A stretch of DNA of 64,000 nucleotides from the human T2T-CHM13v2.0 reference genome, Homo sapiens. The notes beneath the pieces are model-generated. The model was given only the letters and a program-made list of their open reading frames with translations. It did not search any database and had not been told where the DNA came from. The stretch lies in NCBI RefSeq assembly GCF_009914755.1, contig NC_060932.1; one strand, given 5' to 3'. Both the position numbers and the translations under genes were made by a program. Below, piece after piece: positions 16,760 to 29,050 of the stretch; position 1 is the first letter of the stretch, and each line of letters opens with the position of its first letter.

Positions 16760-18130
16760 GTCTTAGGTTACTACCAACTCTAAATATATTCAATGTTTTT
16801 ACTGAATGTGTGTATTTTCAAACAGATTACTCTTTGCTCATTTTCTGTTGAATTTTAATCATTCTTTATATATGAAAGACATTAATATATTCTCCTTTGT
16901 ATGTTTAAAATTATGTGTTTAATATATTCTCCATTATATGTGTTTAAAATTCTCCATTATGTGTTTTCATTATTTGAAATTTGATTTTGTTTGTAATATT
17001 TTTGATGAACACGTTTTTATTTGATTAAAGCAACAATTTAGTATAGATGCCTTCTTCATTACATATTTTTAAAAATCCATTTTGTTAAGTTTAAAGACAA
17101 TCTTTTGTAGATTTTGTTTAAACACTGTTAAACTGATATGTGGAAAATCTACATATTTTATATTCTCATATACTTTATTAAAGTTTTGTGGTTTTAATTA
17201 TAAATACACCTAGCACATTTATTTTTAGTTTCATTTGTCAGTGTTTTGTCATTTACATTGCTATTGTAATCAAGTCTTTTTAAATCATGTTTTCCAAATG
17301 GTTAATGATAGCATAAAGAAATGCTGCTGAATTTTATAGGGATTTTGTAATAGGCCAGGCCACTGTTATATTTATTTTTATAGTTTTTAAAACTTTTTTG
17401 GGATCTCAGTAGATAATCACATTATCAAATGATTATTCTAATTTTTTCATAATAGTTTCATGTATCTCATTTATTTTATTTTATCTGACTGACTAGAACT
17501 TCCCAAAAATAATTGTGTGATACTGATGATAAGGAATATTATTGTCTTCATCTTGCCATTAATGAAACTATTTTCATTTTGCATGATTAAATATTTTAGA
17601 TGAGGGACATGAAAAAGTAATGCTGGACTCAGTTAAATTTTTGTTGAAGAATATCAAGAAAATATGTGGTTTTCTTCATTGTACATCTTAATGTGACAGA
17701 ATATATGGATAGATTACTTTAGGATAAATCATCTTTGAATTACTGGGATCAATTTTATTGCCTGATCTTGTATTAAACACTTCATTGCAAAAATGCACAC
17801 ATGTATTTTTTCATAAGATTGATTTATAGATCTTTCTTAGTGCCATCTTCAAGTTTTAGCATTACAACTATACTTGATTCATAAAAGGAGCTTAGAAACT
17901 ATATTTGTTATGTTGTATAATAATTTAGATATGAAGGAATGTAACTCATCAAATAGAATACTTGCCAATAACATAGTCTTGTCTCAGCACCTTCCTTAGA
18001 CATATTTTTTTGAGAACGTTTTAAATCCATCTCATGCAATTGCCTTGTTCAGCATTATTTTATCATCTTAAATTATTTTTCTAAAATTATATGTTATTTT
18101 AAAATGTCCATTTCCTCATACTTTTTAAAG
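16760..18130 (-). mobile_element. Ancient L1 (L1M/ME) ORF2 relic
   Basis: T-rich degenerate antisense ORF2 motifs (AGATAATCACATTATC, GACTAGAACTTCCC...TGATAAGGAATATTATTGTCTT). Confidence 0.6.
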
Positions 18131-19495
18131 CAGATATATTTTTTCCAGGCTTCATGCCTCTGAATTAAAGTTTAATCTGAGCTGATGTTTCTATTTAATT
18201 CCCCTAATAATGGAAATATCAGGAGACAAGGTTGTGAGTTGGCCCTGTAGGGGGAGCTTTTTTAAATCTGTTATCATCTGTCCCAAATAAGAGACATCCC
18301 TCGAAGTTTCTGTGAGGCAGATGGTACTCTTTCATTGTTCCTAGCATTCTTACGTGTTTCTTTCCTACACTGATATCATGTGTTCATTGCGGAGGACTTG
18401 GTAGAGAGTAGAAAACATATAATTAAATTGTTAATTGTTAACAAATCTACCTAGAAATGCTATTGGAACTAATACTTTAATTTAAATTACTATATGTTAA
18501 AATGTGAATGAATACATAAATTGTACAATTAAGCTAAATGACTTCTAAATTGCTAAATATATATGTATAACCCTCCCTTGACAAGAATAATAAGAGTAAC
18601 ACCCTCCTTTCCAAATGTGCCATTATGAATGTCAACAGAAATGTAATGATTCCGAAGGGAAGCAGTGAGGGTGCATCTCTTGTCCTTTCTTGGTTTCTCC
18701 TCATAAGCAAAATATCTGCTCAGGCAGTTGTCAGAGGGTATACAAAATCTGCACGACTACCATTCTCAGAGACATTTCTGCTCAGAATTTTCAAGCTGTA
18801 AGGATATAGAAACTCCTTTTCTCATTCAGAACCAACTCAGTCTTATTCTGCCCAGAGTACTGACATTGTACCCCCTGGTGAAACTTCCTTGGCACTAGCA
18901 GTTTTCTTTTAATGGCTTTACAAAATGGCTGGGATATTTCAGTTAAATTCTAAATTGGCTTGAGTTCTGCCAAATTTAGTATACGACTTCTGATAATAAA
19001 TCTATTCAATGTATTTTATGATATTTCTCAACTTTAGTACCTAGGTGATCAGCCAGAAATATTGAAATATGAAATAAATTAGGAAGTAGAAATTATTATA
19101 TTGGAGCCCTGCTTACATAGGTCTATATGGTTATAGAGAATTTGGGGAATACTGATTCACTTGATTTTGGAATCTTAGGTGAGTACTCTTTTGTATAAGA
19201 ATTTGTTTAAGAAATTGTTATAAATTGTTACAAATATCCTTATTGGAGACAATTTCTTTTTCCTAAAGATAATCCATTAAATAAACAAAACGGCAACATA
19301 ATCTTTTCCATGTCGGGTGCTAAACTTGGTAATAAAGGTAACATTTTTGCTTGAACTATTCAGGCAGAGTCCTGTGTTTAGGAGGGCTGCTAAGGCAGCA
19401 AAATAAGGTTGAAGTAACAGTGGCTATAAGGAGGTGATTCACATCTCCAAAAGATTTAATATGTCAAAACTAAAATTAATTTTCCTATAGGAAGT

Positions 19496-19885
19496 TGATA
19501 TGGTTTGGCTCTGTGTCCCCACCCAAATCTCACATTGAATTGCAATCCCCATATGTTGGAGAAGGGGCCTGGTAGAAGGTGATTGAGTCATGGAGGCGGA
19601 CTTCCCCCTTGTTCTTCTTGTGATAGCGAATGAGTTCTCACAAGATCTGGTTGTTTAAAAGTGTGTAGCACTTCCCCTTTAGCTCTCTCTCTCTCTCTGC
19701 TGCTACGCCATAGTAAGACATGCTTGCTTCCCCTTCACCTTCTGCCACAATTGTAAGTTTCCTGAGTCCTCCCAGCCATGCTTCCTATACAGCTTATGGA
19801 ACTGTGAGTCAATTAAACCTTTTTTCTTCATAAATTACCCAGTCTCAGGTAGCTCTTTATAGCAGTATAAAAACGGACTAATATA
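19496..19885 (+). mobile_element. MaLR solo LTR, THE1D/MSTA-like, with 5-bp TSD
   Basis: TGATATGGTTTGGCTCTGTGTCCCCACCCAAATCTCA...AATTACCCAGTCTCAGGTAG...GGACTAATATA. TSD GAAGT at 19491-19495 and 19886-19890. Confidence 0.95.
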
Positions 19886-21139
19886 GAAGTTAAGTGCTCC
19901 CTTTTATCTGGTCTATATATGTTCAGGTTCTCTTAGATGCTGTACTACAAACTCTTCTAGGGTCGATATGAGAACTTTCATGTAGTAAGTTTTCCTTTCT
20001 AATTTGTAGTCTAGACATAAGTGAGATCAATAATATGAGACACATGTCTGCATCTATCATTTACAAAATGCTTGTTTTCCTTATATTTATACACATAATT
20101 GAAACAAGAAATACTTGGGAGGGATGAATACACACATATGCAATTTAAATTACCTTCAGTCAAGCCTAAAAATTTAATTGTTTTAATTTGTGATAGAATA
20201 ATTTTAAGTCTAAATGTTAATTGCATTGAAGTGTCATTAATGTTTACACACGTTATTGTATATCCGTAAAATGTATTTACATTATTAAAATGTAACTATA
20301 CCAATATAGTTATAATATAGTCATATAGTATTTGAGTACATAGTCACCTATACATCAATGGGAAAGTATTTTATCACAATTGAAAAAATTTACTTATTTT
20401 ATTTTAGTTTTTTTTAGGATTGAGAGTGTAAATTGAATTTTATTTCAATTATTTGCTAGCGTTTAGAAAAGGAGAAATTTGAGTAACCATAGTACAATAT
20501 GAGCAACTTAAATTATGCTAACAAATAATCACATGTATTTTATTTGCAATGTTTATTGAACTAAATGACAGAAATTATGATGTGAGTAGGGCCAAGGTAT
20601 TCAAGTTTCATAGTGATGACTATGGTATGATTATGTAACAGATTTATGATACCAGCTAAATTTTACTGCAGTATTTTTGTCTTTAGTTTCTCCAAGGGAA
20701 ATATATATTATTTATGATTTGGTTGATGATGAAATGGCTCCAGGGATTAGTAATGAGATATGAAAACTTTCTTCTCAAAGTTTCTTCGCCCAGCATATGA
20801 TAATTATGCCTGAAGATCTGTATTACCTGTTGATTATGAAATATGCTATGTAACATGAATTTAGAGAATTGCATTGAGTCAACTGCCACTAAATTTGATC
20901 TGTTCAGTAAGCGATATGTTCACAAGTAATCAGCATCCTTCCTGTCATGCTTTGCAAGGACATGGTAATTAACTTACTCTACAGATTCTATTCCTCTGTA
21001 GTGCTATAAAGCCCCAAAGCCAAACAGAGTAGACTAATCTCTCAAACGGCCATTGGTCTATTAACCATGTTGTCTATTGGCTGTTGGTCATTTAGTCACT
21101 GGCTTAACCATTTGTCAATTATTATCATCATATTTATAT

Positions 21140-21350
21140 ATTAGGTAATATTTATTGTGTCTATATTAGTTGTTTTATGAATAAGATCATTTAAGCTTAC
21201 CAAAACTCTTTGAGCTAGAGATTATAATCACCGTTTTACAGAGTGAATAAGTTGAAATTAAAAGAGGCCATGAAGCTTTCCCAAAGCCAAACAGTTGCTA
21301 GATAGTAAAGCTGGGGTTGAAACTCAAAGCCATTTTACCTTGACTATACA
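21140..21350 (-). mobile_element. MIR
   Basis: CCGTTTTACAGAGTGAATAAGTTGA...TTCCCAAAGCCAAACAGTT...GCTGGGGTTGAAACTCA matches the antisense MIR core. Confidence 0.7.
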
Positions 21351-22144
21351 TAAGTTTAACTCATTCCCTTTAAATATTCTTTTGACTATTAAGTAAATGT
21401 AAAAAATTCTCAAGATTCAGGGCTATGGTTTGCATGTGTCATATTTACTCTCTTCCACCCTCCAAAAGGAACAAAAAATAGAGGGAAAAAAGAACTTTAG
21501 TATCATTTTCTTCTATGAAATATTTTTAAAAAGTATATTCAATTCAGACTTTTTCTTCACAATAGTGCCAAATTATAAACTCTATATAAGTACTGTTAAG
21601 ACACTCATTAACACTTTAACATTTTAAGTGTACACATATATAATTTTAAATATGTAACTTTAAATACATATTACAAACACACACACATATGTTAGTTTCA
21701 TGGCAATTTGCACTTTTAGGCGGCCACAATTCTATTCAGTATGAAAATACAGTGTAATACCAATTTAGTAAATGGTATTAATCCATAAGTGACTTATGGA
21801 TTAATATATACTTAGAAAAGAGTAAAAGGAATGTACACAAGAACCATAAAAACTGAGTTTCATGAGGAAAAGTAAGCCAAGTTTTACTTTTTGCAGAAAA
21901 TATTGCTTCCTTGTACTGTCCCTACATCCTCTCCATGCCCCCCGCCGCCAAAAAATAATTCCAGTATGACATCATCACAGAACCTAATTATAGTATTCTC
22001 ACTGACATAAAATTTTATTTCATCAGAACCAATATTTCATGGGTGATACTCTAATGAGGATATAGAAAGTCACTTTGTTTTGAAAGTAAGTCACTTAGTA
22101 TCAACCATTGTATTCATTCATTCATTTATTTAAGAAATAATTTT

Positions 22145-22445
22145 GTTCTTTTGTTTTGTTTTGAGACAGAGTCTCGCTCTTGTCGCCCAGGCTGGAGCAC
22201 GACGGCACGATCTTGGCTCACTGCTACCTCTACCTTTTGGGTTCAAGTGATTCTCGTGCTTCAGCCTCCCCAGTAGCTGGGATTACAGGTGCCTGCCACC
22301 ATGCCCAGCTAAATTTTGTAGTTTTAGTAAAGACAGGGTTTCACCATGTTGGCCAGGCTGGTCTCAAACTCCTGACCTCAGGTGATCTGCCCGCCTCAGC
22401 CTCCTAAAGTGCTGGGATTACATGTGTGAGCCACTGCGCCCAGCC
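22145..22445 (-). mobile_element. Alu (AluSx-like) with 14-bp TSD
   Basis: Full reverse dimer. TSD TAAGAAATAATTTT at 22131-22144 and 22446-22459. Confidence 0.97.
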
Positions 22446-22521
22446 TAAGAAATAATTTTTAGTTCATATGAAAACCACTGTTAGTGCAGAGAATATAATA
22501 ATCAATGACTTAAAAAAAATG

Positions 22522-22644
22522 TTTTTATAGAGACAGGGGTCTCACATGTTGTCCCTGCTGGTCTGAACTATTGGACTTAAGCTACTCTCCTGCTTTAGCC
22601 TCCCAAAGTGTTGGGAATACAGATATAAGCCACTGTGCCTGACC
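22522..22644 (-). mobile_element. Free left Alu monomer (FLAM-like)
   Basis: TAGAGACAGGGGTCTCACATGTTG...GCCTCCCAAAGTGTTGGGAATACAG...CCACTGTGCCTGACC; single arm only. Confidence 0.85.
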
Positions 22645-24219
22645 TAATGAACAAATATTAAAATGTGTTTGCATCATAATTTTTATATTCTTGTTGGGAG
22701 TAAGAAGATAACATAAACAAATAAACAAAATAATTCAAGAAAAAATAGTATTATAAAGGAAATACACCAGAACTTTTTAGTATTTCTCATACAGATTCTC
22801 TTGTACTGATAGAAGAAATCAAAACTAGATAGAAGAATCAAAATTAAAATATATAATGGTGCAAGACATCTCAAAATACCTGGTAGAATAATTCTCAATT
22901 TATCATAAGAAGCTGAATACTTATTTCCTTCAGCAGAGAGACAAAAAGAAGCTTTCTTAGAGCATTTATAATTTAGAACTCTCTAGCAGCTTTACACAAC
23001 AAACAAAACAGATAAACAAGATTTCTATGCCTCTATTTGCAAGCTATTTATAAATGTAGCTTTAATTTTCCTAGTATATTCTCAAATGTGCCAGATAAAA
23101 AGCCTGTATTACAATATTTGTGATTCCTCTAAAGAGAAGTATAATTCGTAAAAGAAAAAAAAATCCTGAATATTTGTAAGATTCGAATGTAATACTACAA
23201 TTTACAGAATAAATGCAAACTACCACTTATTATAAATGTTGAATTTACTGCATTATGGATAAATGTAGAAAAGACAAAAGTAATTTAGATCTGGTGGTAA
23301 GGTACATTATTTTTTAAATATTACATGTGGTAATTACATGTTAAATCTGTTGTTGATGCCACCAAGAAAACTCAAAAATCAAAGACAAGAAGTGAAAAAG
23401 GGAATATTTCCCAGGTTGATTTCCTACCAATAAATCACTGTCGTTATCTTTACACCCTAATAGTGCACTTACTCACAGTGGCAAACCTCTGACAGACACT
23501 TTAATACATCTTAAGGTTCATGTCAAGTTGTATAACTTGGAACAAATTCCAGGTGGTGAATTCTGAGGCCCATGACTGGTGGGCAATAAATGACTGTATT
23601 TTCAATAAACCTTTTAATCCTATGGAGAGTTGATCTGACATGAGAGTATAAACCATAGATCACTGTGGCAAATGTGATTAGTCTGAGAAAAATCCCCATT
23701 ATTTACAGTCTCCTTTGAGGGGAAATCTCTTCCATGAGCCTCTATTATATATGGTTTAGAAAATAGTGTATTAGTAGTTGCCATTTTCTTTTGTGTGTAA
23801 CTCAGAAGAAGATAAGTTTGACATACATTTTCTAAATTTGTTATGAAATAATTCGATTTGATTTTAGCTGCTTAATTTTATTCTGAAAATAAATACTATG
23901 GTATAATTTTTTTGTGGTTTTTCAGCCTCAAAATGCTTATATTTATTCAAAAAACCTTCTAAAGTACTAGCAGTTTAAAAATAACTTTCAGTAAAAGAAA
24001 AAAATACAATCATTTACCATCAATGAGCTTACAGAGTAGTGAAAATAAGAAAATTTTGTAATAACTACATTAAAATGCAATGTATTTGCCACAAGAAAAT
24101 ATAAACACTAGTTAAGTTTATGGGTGCTGAGGAGATTGCCTGAGGACAGAGTACCATGACCTATAGGATACTCTCAAGATATATAGCATATGTGTCATTT
24201 GATTGGGTGTAGGGAAAAG

Positions 24220-25057
24220 ATGTATATTTGAAAAATTAATAGACAGAAATGCTACAATTTTGATAAAAAGTAGTAATCACAGATTCAAAAAGTTCAATGA
24301 AGTGCAAGAATAAAAAAATGGAAAGAAAACCATAACTAGGCACATTATAGTCAAATTTCCAAAACGCAAAGAACAAGAAAGGTTTAAAAGAAGCTAAAAG
24401 ACAAAGAAATATTATAATATGATGAACAATGCAAAAAATGAGAGCTACCTTGTCATCAAAAGCAAGGCAAGCCAGAAGAGAGTGGAGTTACATTTTTAAA
24501 GTTATTTTTTCTTAAGGAAGCTGAAAACTAGAATTCCATATTCAGTGAAACTATCCTTCAAAACGTGTGTAATATAAATAAAGTTTTAACTGTGAAAGCT
24601 GATTTTGTCACTGGCCGACCTGGACTAAAAAAAAAAAAATACTAGGGGAATTCCTCAGGTTGAAGAGAATGATACCAGATGGAAATGTAGGTCTAAGGGA
24701 ATAAAGGAAAAATACCAGCAATGGTACATATGTGAGTAAATATAAATGACTAAGTATTTTCTATTCTTAACATCTTTAATAAAAACTGATGGTGACTCTT
24801 AATGTATGTAAATTAGACCTCTATAAACTTGGATTTTCAAGAAGAACAATTGAACCAACAATAATAATAATGTATTATGGTGTTCATAAAATAGATAGAA
24901 GTGTATTTACCATAGCAACACAAAGATTGGAAAGAATAAATAGAAGTGTCTTATATGTGCAGTGGTAAAATACTAATTCTAGTATAAGCACAAGTTCAGG
25001 ACACATATTACAATTGCTAGAGCAACTGTTTACAAAATTTTAAAGAAAAGAAGATAT
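24220..25057 (+). mobile_element. Ancient L1 (L1ME/MD) ORF1 and inter-ORF region, left part
   Basis: AACTAGGCACATTATAGTCAAATT, GCAAGCCAGAAGAGAGTGG and CTAGAATTCCATATTCAGTGAAACTATCCTTCAAAA are L1 ORF1 motifs. Confidence 0.75.
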
Positions 25058-25961
25058 TACTCAATATAATATGCATCTGTAAAATATACTGATATTACTC
25101 AGTAGAAACAAGGTTGTTTTATGCTAGGTAATATCACTTGAAGATCAAAACTGAACCTTGGCTTCAAAATATCTCTAAGAAAGCATACTCAGAGAGATTG
25201 AACTGAAAACCGCTACGTTTAAATAAATTCTTCAAAAAGCTGTCAATTACAAGAAAAAAAAAAGGGGAAGGGCAAGAATGCACATGCTGCCTTTTCTGGC
25301 AGGCTCTCTCACTACCTTTACTGTCTGTTACTTGCTCACAGCTGGTCTGTCTAATGACATCTTCTTGCAGATGGGTTACCATCATCTGCACTGGGAGTTG
25401 CAGTTTCCTTATGGTTGGTGTGTATTAGGTCGTCAAACAATGTAGGGCACTTGAGAGATGCCCAGGGAATTCATGCCCAATTGATGTTCAGCATGTTCTG
25501 GACTGTGGGCTTATATGCTGACTGGGGTGCTTGGGCAGCCAAAATCTCTCCTAGTCTATTGACTCACAGTTGTATCATCCAGCTCTAATTAGTTACACCC
25601 ACAGTCATCTCATACATTAAATCATGGGTTATGTATATTGTTTATAACTTTTGGAGAACTTATCTCTTTTGGCCAAGGTAGCCACTTGTTTATAACAGTG
25701 CTAGTAAACAAGTTCTCATGAATAAATTATAATTATCAGTAGATGGGCGTGTGGGTTTGCAATTTTGCAGGCTTTTTAAGGAAAACATGATTTTCAATTC
25801 TTTGGAGAAAGACATTAATGAGAAATTTGGGAAAACATGTTTACAAGCAAAAGAACACTGTGGGCAAGAAATTGTTATGATATCAAGCACAGCAAAGATG
25901 TTTATATTCACTTTTATAAATGATGACACATCTTTACATAAATTTATTTCACATATCAGAG

Positions 25962-26640
25962 AGATATATCTAAAAGGCCAATAAAAGAGATAAAATTTTA
26001 TACTAAAATACATAGATTAATCAAGAAATTAGCAGTGTGGGACAAAGAAATAAAGACTATCAGGGCAAAAGAAACCAAATAGCAAGATGGTAAACAAAAT
26101 TAACCTTATTGTTAATTGCATTACATGTATAAAGAATAAACACTCAAATTAAAAAGCAAAAATGTCAAACTGGACAAAAATTAAGTCCTAACTATAAGAA
26201 GTTTATAAGAGAATCATTTTAAATATAAAGTACATTTATGGGGAAAATTTATGGAAAGTAAATACATAGAAAATGTATCCAATGGTAACTCATGTCATAA
26301 AATTTATGTTCCTGTCATATAAGGTACAATTTAAGATAAGGAAGCATATTTCAAAACTATAAAAAAGGAAATTCCTCCAGAAAATAGAGCAATCCAAATA
26401 TGTATACACTTAAAATCAATGTCAAAATCTAAAAATTGACAGAACTAAAAATAAACAGAATGAATCAACAATTATTACTAGGAACTTTAAAATGCCTCAT
26501 TCAGTAATTCATACGTAGTGTAATCAAAAGCACCACATATATATAGAAGATTGGGAAAAAACACAATCACTAATTTTTTTAATTTAAATTTTTTAAATTT
26601 CATCCACTCAATAATTCATTGGGTCTATATTGAACATGAC
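25962..26640 (+). mobile_element. Ancient L1 inter-ORF region and ORF2 start, right part of the same element
   Basis: AAATAGCAAGATGGTA...TAATTGCATTACATGTATAAAGAATAAACACTCAAATTAAAAAGC resembles the start of the ORF2 endonuclease domain. Confidence 0.72.
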
Positions 26641-26739
26641 AATGTGTTAATCATTACAATGATTAATCACACACTGTGTTTTTGAGAAGTTCAAATTTTT
26701 AACCACAAGACAGATAAAAACAGATAAAATAAACTGTGC

Positions 26740-27250
26740 CATTGCCTATTTTAATAAATTAAATACATTTTAAGAGGTGCTATTACAGAGATGTGGCCAA
26801 AGTTTGTTGCAGAACAGTTCACTCTTGTTAAGGAAGTTGAAGATTTTATTGGAGGGGTGGTATTTGAGCTGAAAGTTGAGAGATGAGTAGATATTTTTAA
26901 GGCCACGAGCAGCTTAAAGAGTAGAATGAGTTATTCCAGTCAAAAGGGACAGCATCTGCAAAGGTATGGAGTTGCAAACGATCTGCAACATCTTGGAAGT
27001 GTCACGCAAGAAGAGAGAGACACTTAAAATGAGGCTGTAATAATAGATTAAGAATCACATTAAAGAAATATGTATGCTAAGATACGAAGTTTTTATTTTA
27101 ATCAATAGTCTGAGAAATCTAACTGAAAGATGCAATGTCATGGGAACTTTTAGGATAAGCATGGCCATAATAGAAGATAGTCCTAAATCAGGTTAGGCTG
27201 GAGGTAAGCAGACAAGTGAGGAGATTATAACTTCTAATTTGGTGGTAAAG
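26740..27250 (-). mobile_element. L2 fragment
   Basis: GGAGGGGTGGTATTTGAGCTGA...ATTCCAGTCAAAAGGGACAGCATCTGCAAAGG. Confidence 0.65.
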
Positions 27251-27499
27251 TAATATGTTGGTCTGTTTCCAGAAGCTGCAAGAAATGTCACAAATAATTG
27301 CTAATAAAGTACTAAAATTAAAAAATTATTTAGAGAAGACTCAAGTCCATTCTTGCAATAAAAATCATCTTATTCACTTATGTTATGTTTTCTTAAGTGG
27401 GAGAAGATGGATGTTATAACTAGCATATCATAAATTGTGCATGACTCTATCTATATAAACTCGCATGATTCTGAAGCTCTCACAAATGTTGCTTAACAT

Positions 27500-27780
27500 T
27501 TTTTTCCCAAACCTGATCATCGACAGCATCAACATACCCAGATGTTCAAGCCAGTAAGTTGAGCATTACTCCATACCGTTTTTCTCTTACTGTCTACTCC
27601 AACCAATCTCATAAATGTTACGTCATTAATATTTCTATTCTCAAATACTGCCTCTTCTTTGTATTCTCACTGCTACTGCCTTTATTATTCTTATTATTTC
27701 TCATCTGAATACTATAACATTGTTATGATACTATTTTAAATATTTCTGCATTATATTATGGATAAAATACATACTTCCTC
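27500..27780 (+). mobile_element. L2 fragment
   Basis: CCCAGATGTTCAAGCCAG...CTCACTGCTACTGCC...ATTTCTCATCTGAATACTATAA. Confidence 0.5.
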
Positions 27781-28384
27781 AATAACTCTTTAATTTCATT
27801 TCAAACAGTCCCCAACATATTCCTTTTCTTGTGCATAAAATGTAAATTCCGTGTTTCAAGTTTAATGTTCTCTTTCATGCTCCCTTATTTTCTTCTTAAC
27901 GCTTTACCTTCCCCCTGGGATGTTGATTGAATTTCACTAGTATTCCTCTGGAATATCAAAGAATTCTCAAACGCAGCTTATATATTACACATAAGGTTTC
28001 CAGTAGAGTTACACACATGAAGGACAATGTTAAACAGGAAATCAAACCACTATACTGTTTAAAATAGGTGGCAGTAACTCCTAAAACAAAACAGTGATGA
28101 CACTTGGTTGGGGTATGTAATTTATGCTCAAGACCCAAGCAAATATTTTTCTAATCCAAATTTCAGGCTTACCATTAAATGACCACCAATGCATGAGAGC
28201 ACCATACTACACAAAAGAGAGAAAAACAAAGAAACGGAGAGAGAGAGCGAGAGAGAGGACACTAGACTCCACACAATTTCCCCATTCTCCTACACCATTC
28301 AGCCCTATAAATGAACATCCGGTAAGAGATAAATCCAGTCATTATCTCTTTCTTGAGGATGTGAAAGGACAGTTAGAACATTAG

Positions 28385-29050
28385 TAAGGGAAGAAAAATG
28401 AAGAGATAATAGCCAAACATTTCAAAATTTGATGAAAATTATAAATCCATAGATTTAAGAAACTTAAAAAATTCCAAGCACGGGACATATTAAAGAAAAT
28501 TACATCAAAGAATATCCAATTAAACTGTTCAAAACCAAGGGTAAAAAGAAGAATTTTAACAGCAGCCAGAGAAAAGACATGTTTCATACATTATAATAAC
28601 GACAAGGATGTTGGCAGATTTGATCAGAGACAATGCAAGCAAGAAGAAACCAGGGCAACATTATGGAAGCACTGAAATAAAAATAAAGTCAGACTAGAAT
28701 GCTACACCTATATTTTTCAATATCAAAGGCAAAATAAAGCCATGTTCAGAAATACAAAAGCCGAAGGAATTCACTATCTGCAGACCAACACTTTAGGAAG
28801 TGTTAATGAAATTCCTTCAAGCAGAAGCTGAAAAATAGTAAACAGAATGATAGATCTACACAAAGAAATGCAAAACACAAAATATGATAAAGATATGTGT
28901 TAACATACAGAATTCTTTTCTTATATTTTAAATCTCTCCAAAAGATAATTGACTCTTTAAACAAAAATAATATCAAAATGTTGTTGGGTTTATTATGTGT
29001 GTGTGTGTGCGTGTGTGTGTGTGTGTATAGTTAGTATAAACATATACATG
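28385..29050 (+). mobile_element. Ancient L1 (L1MC/MD) ORF1 and inter-ORF region; host of the 29051-35364 block
   Basis: GAAGAGATAATAGCCAAACATTTC...ACAGCAGCCAGAGAAAA...ATGCAAGCAAGAAGA...AAAGATAATTGACTCTTTAAACAAAAATAA. Confidence 0.78.
28996..29026. repeat. Interrupted (TG)n microsatellite
   Basis: TGTGTGTGTGTGTGCGTGTGTGTGTGTGTGT. Confidence 0.9.
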
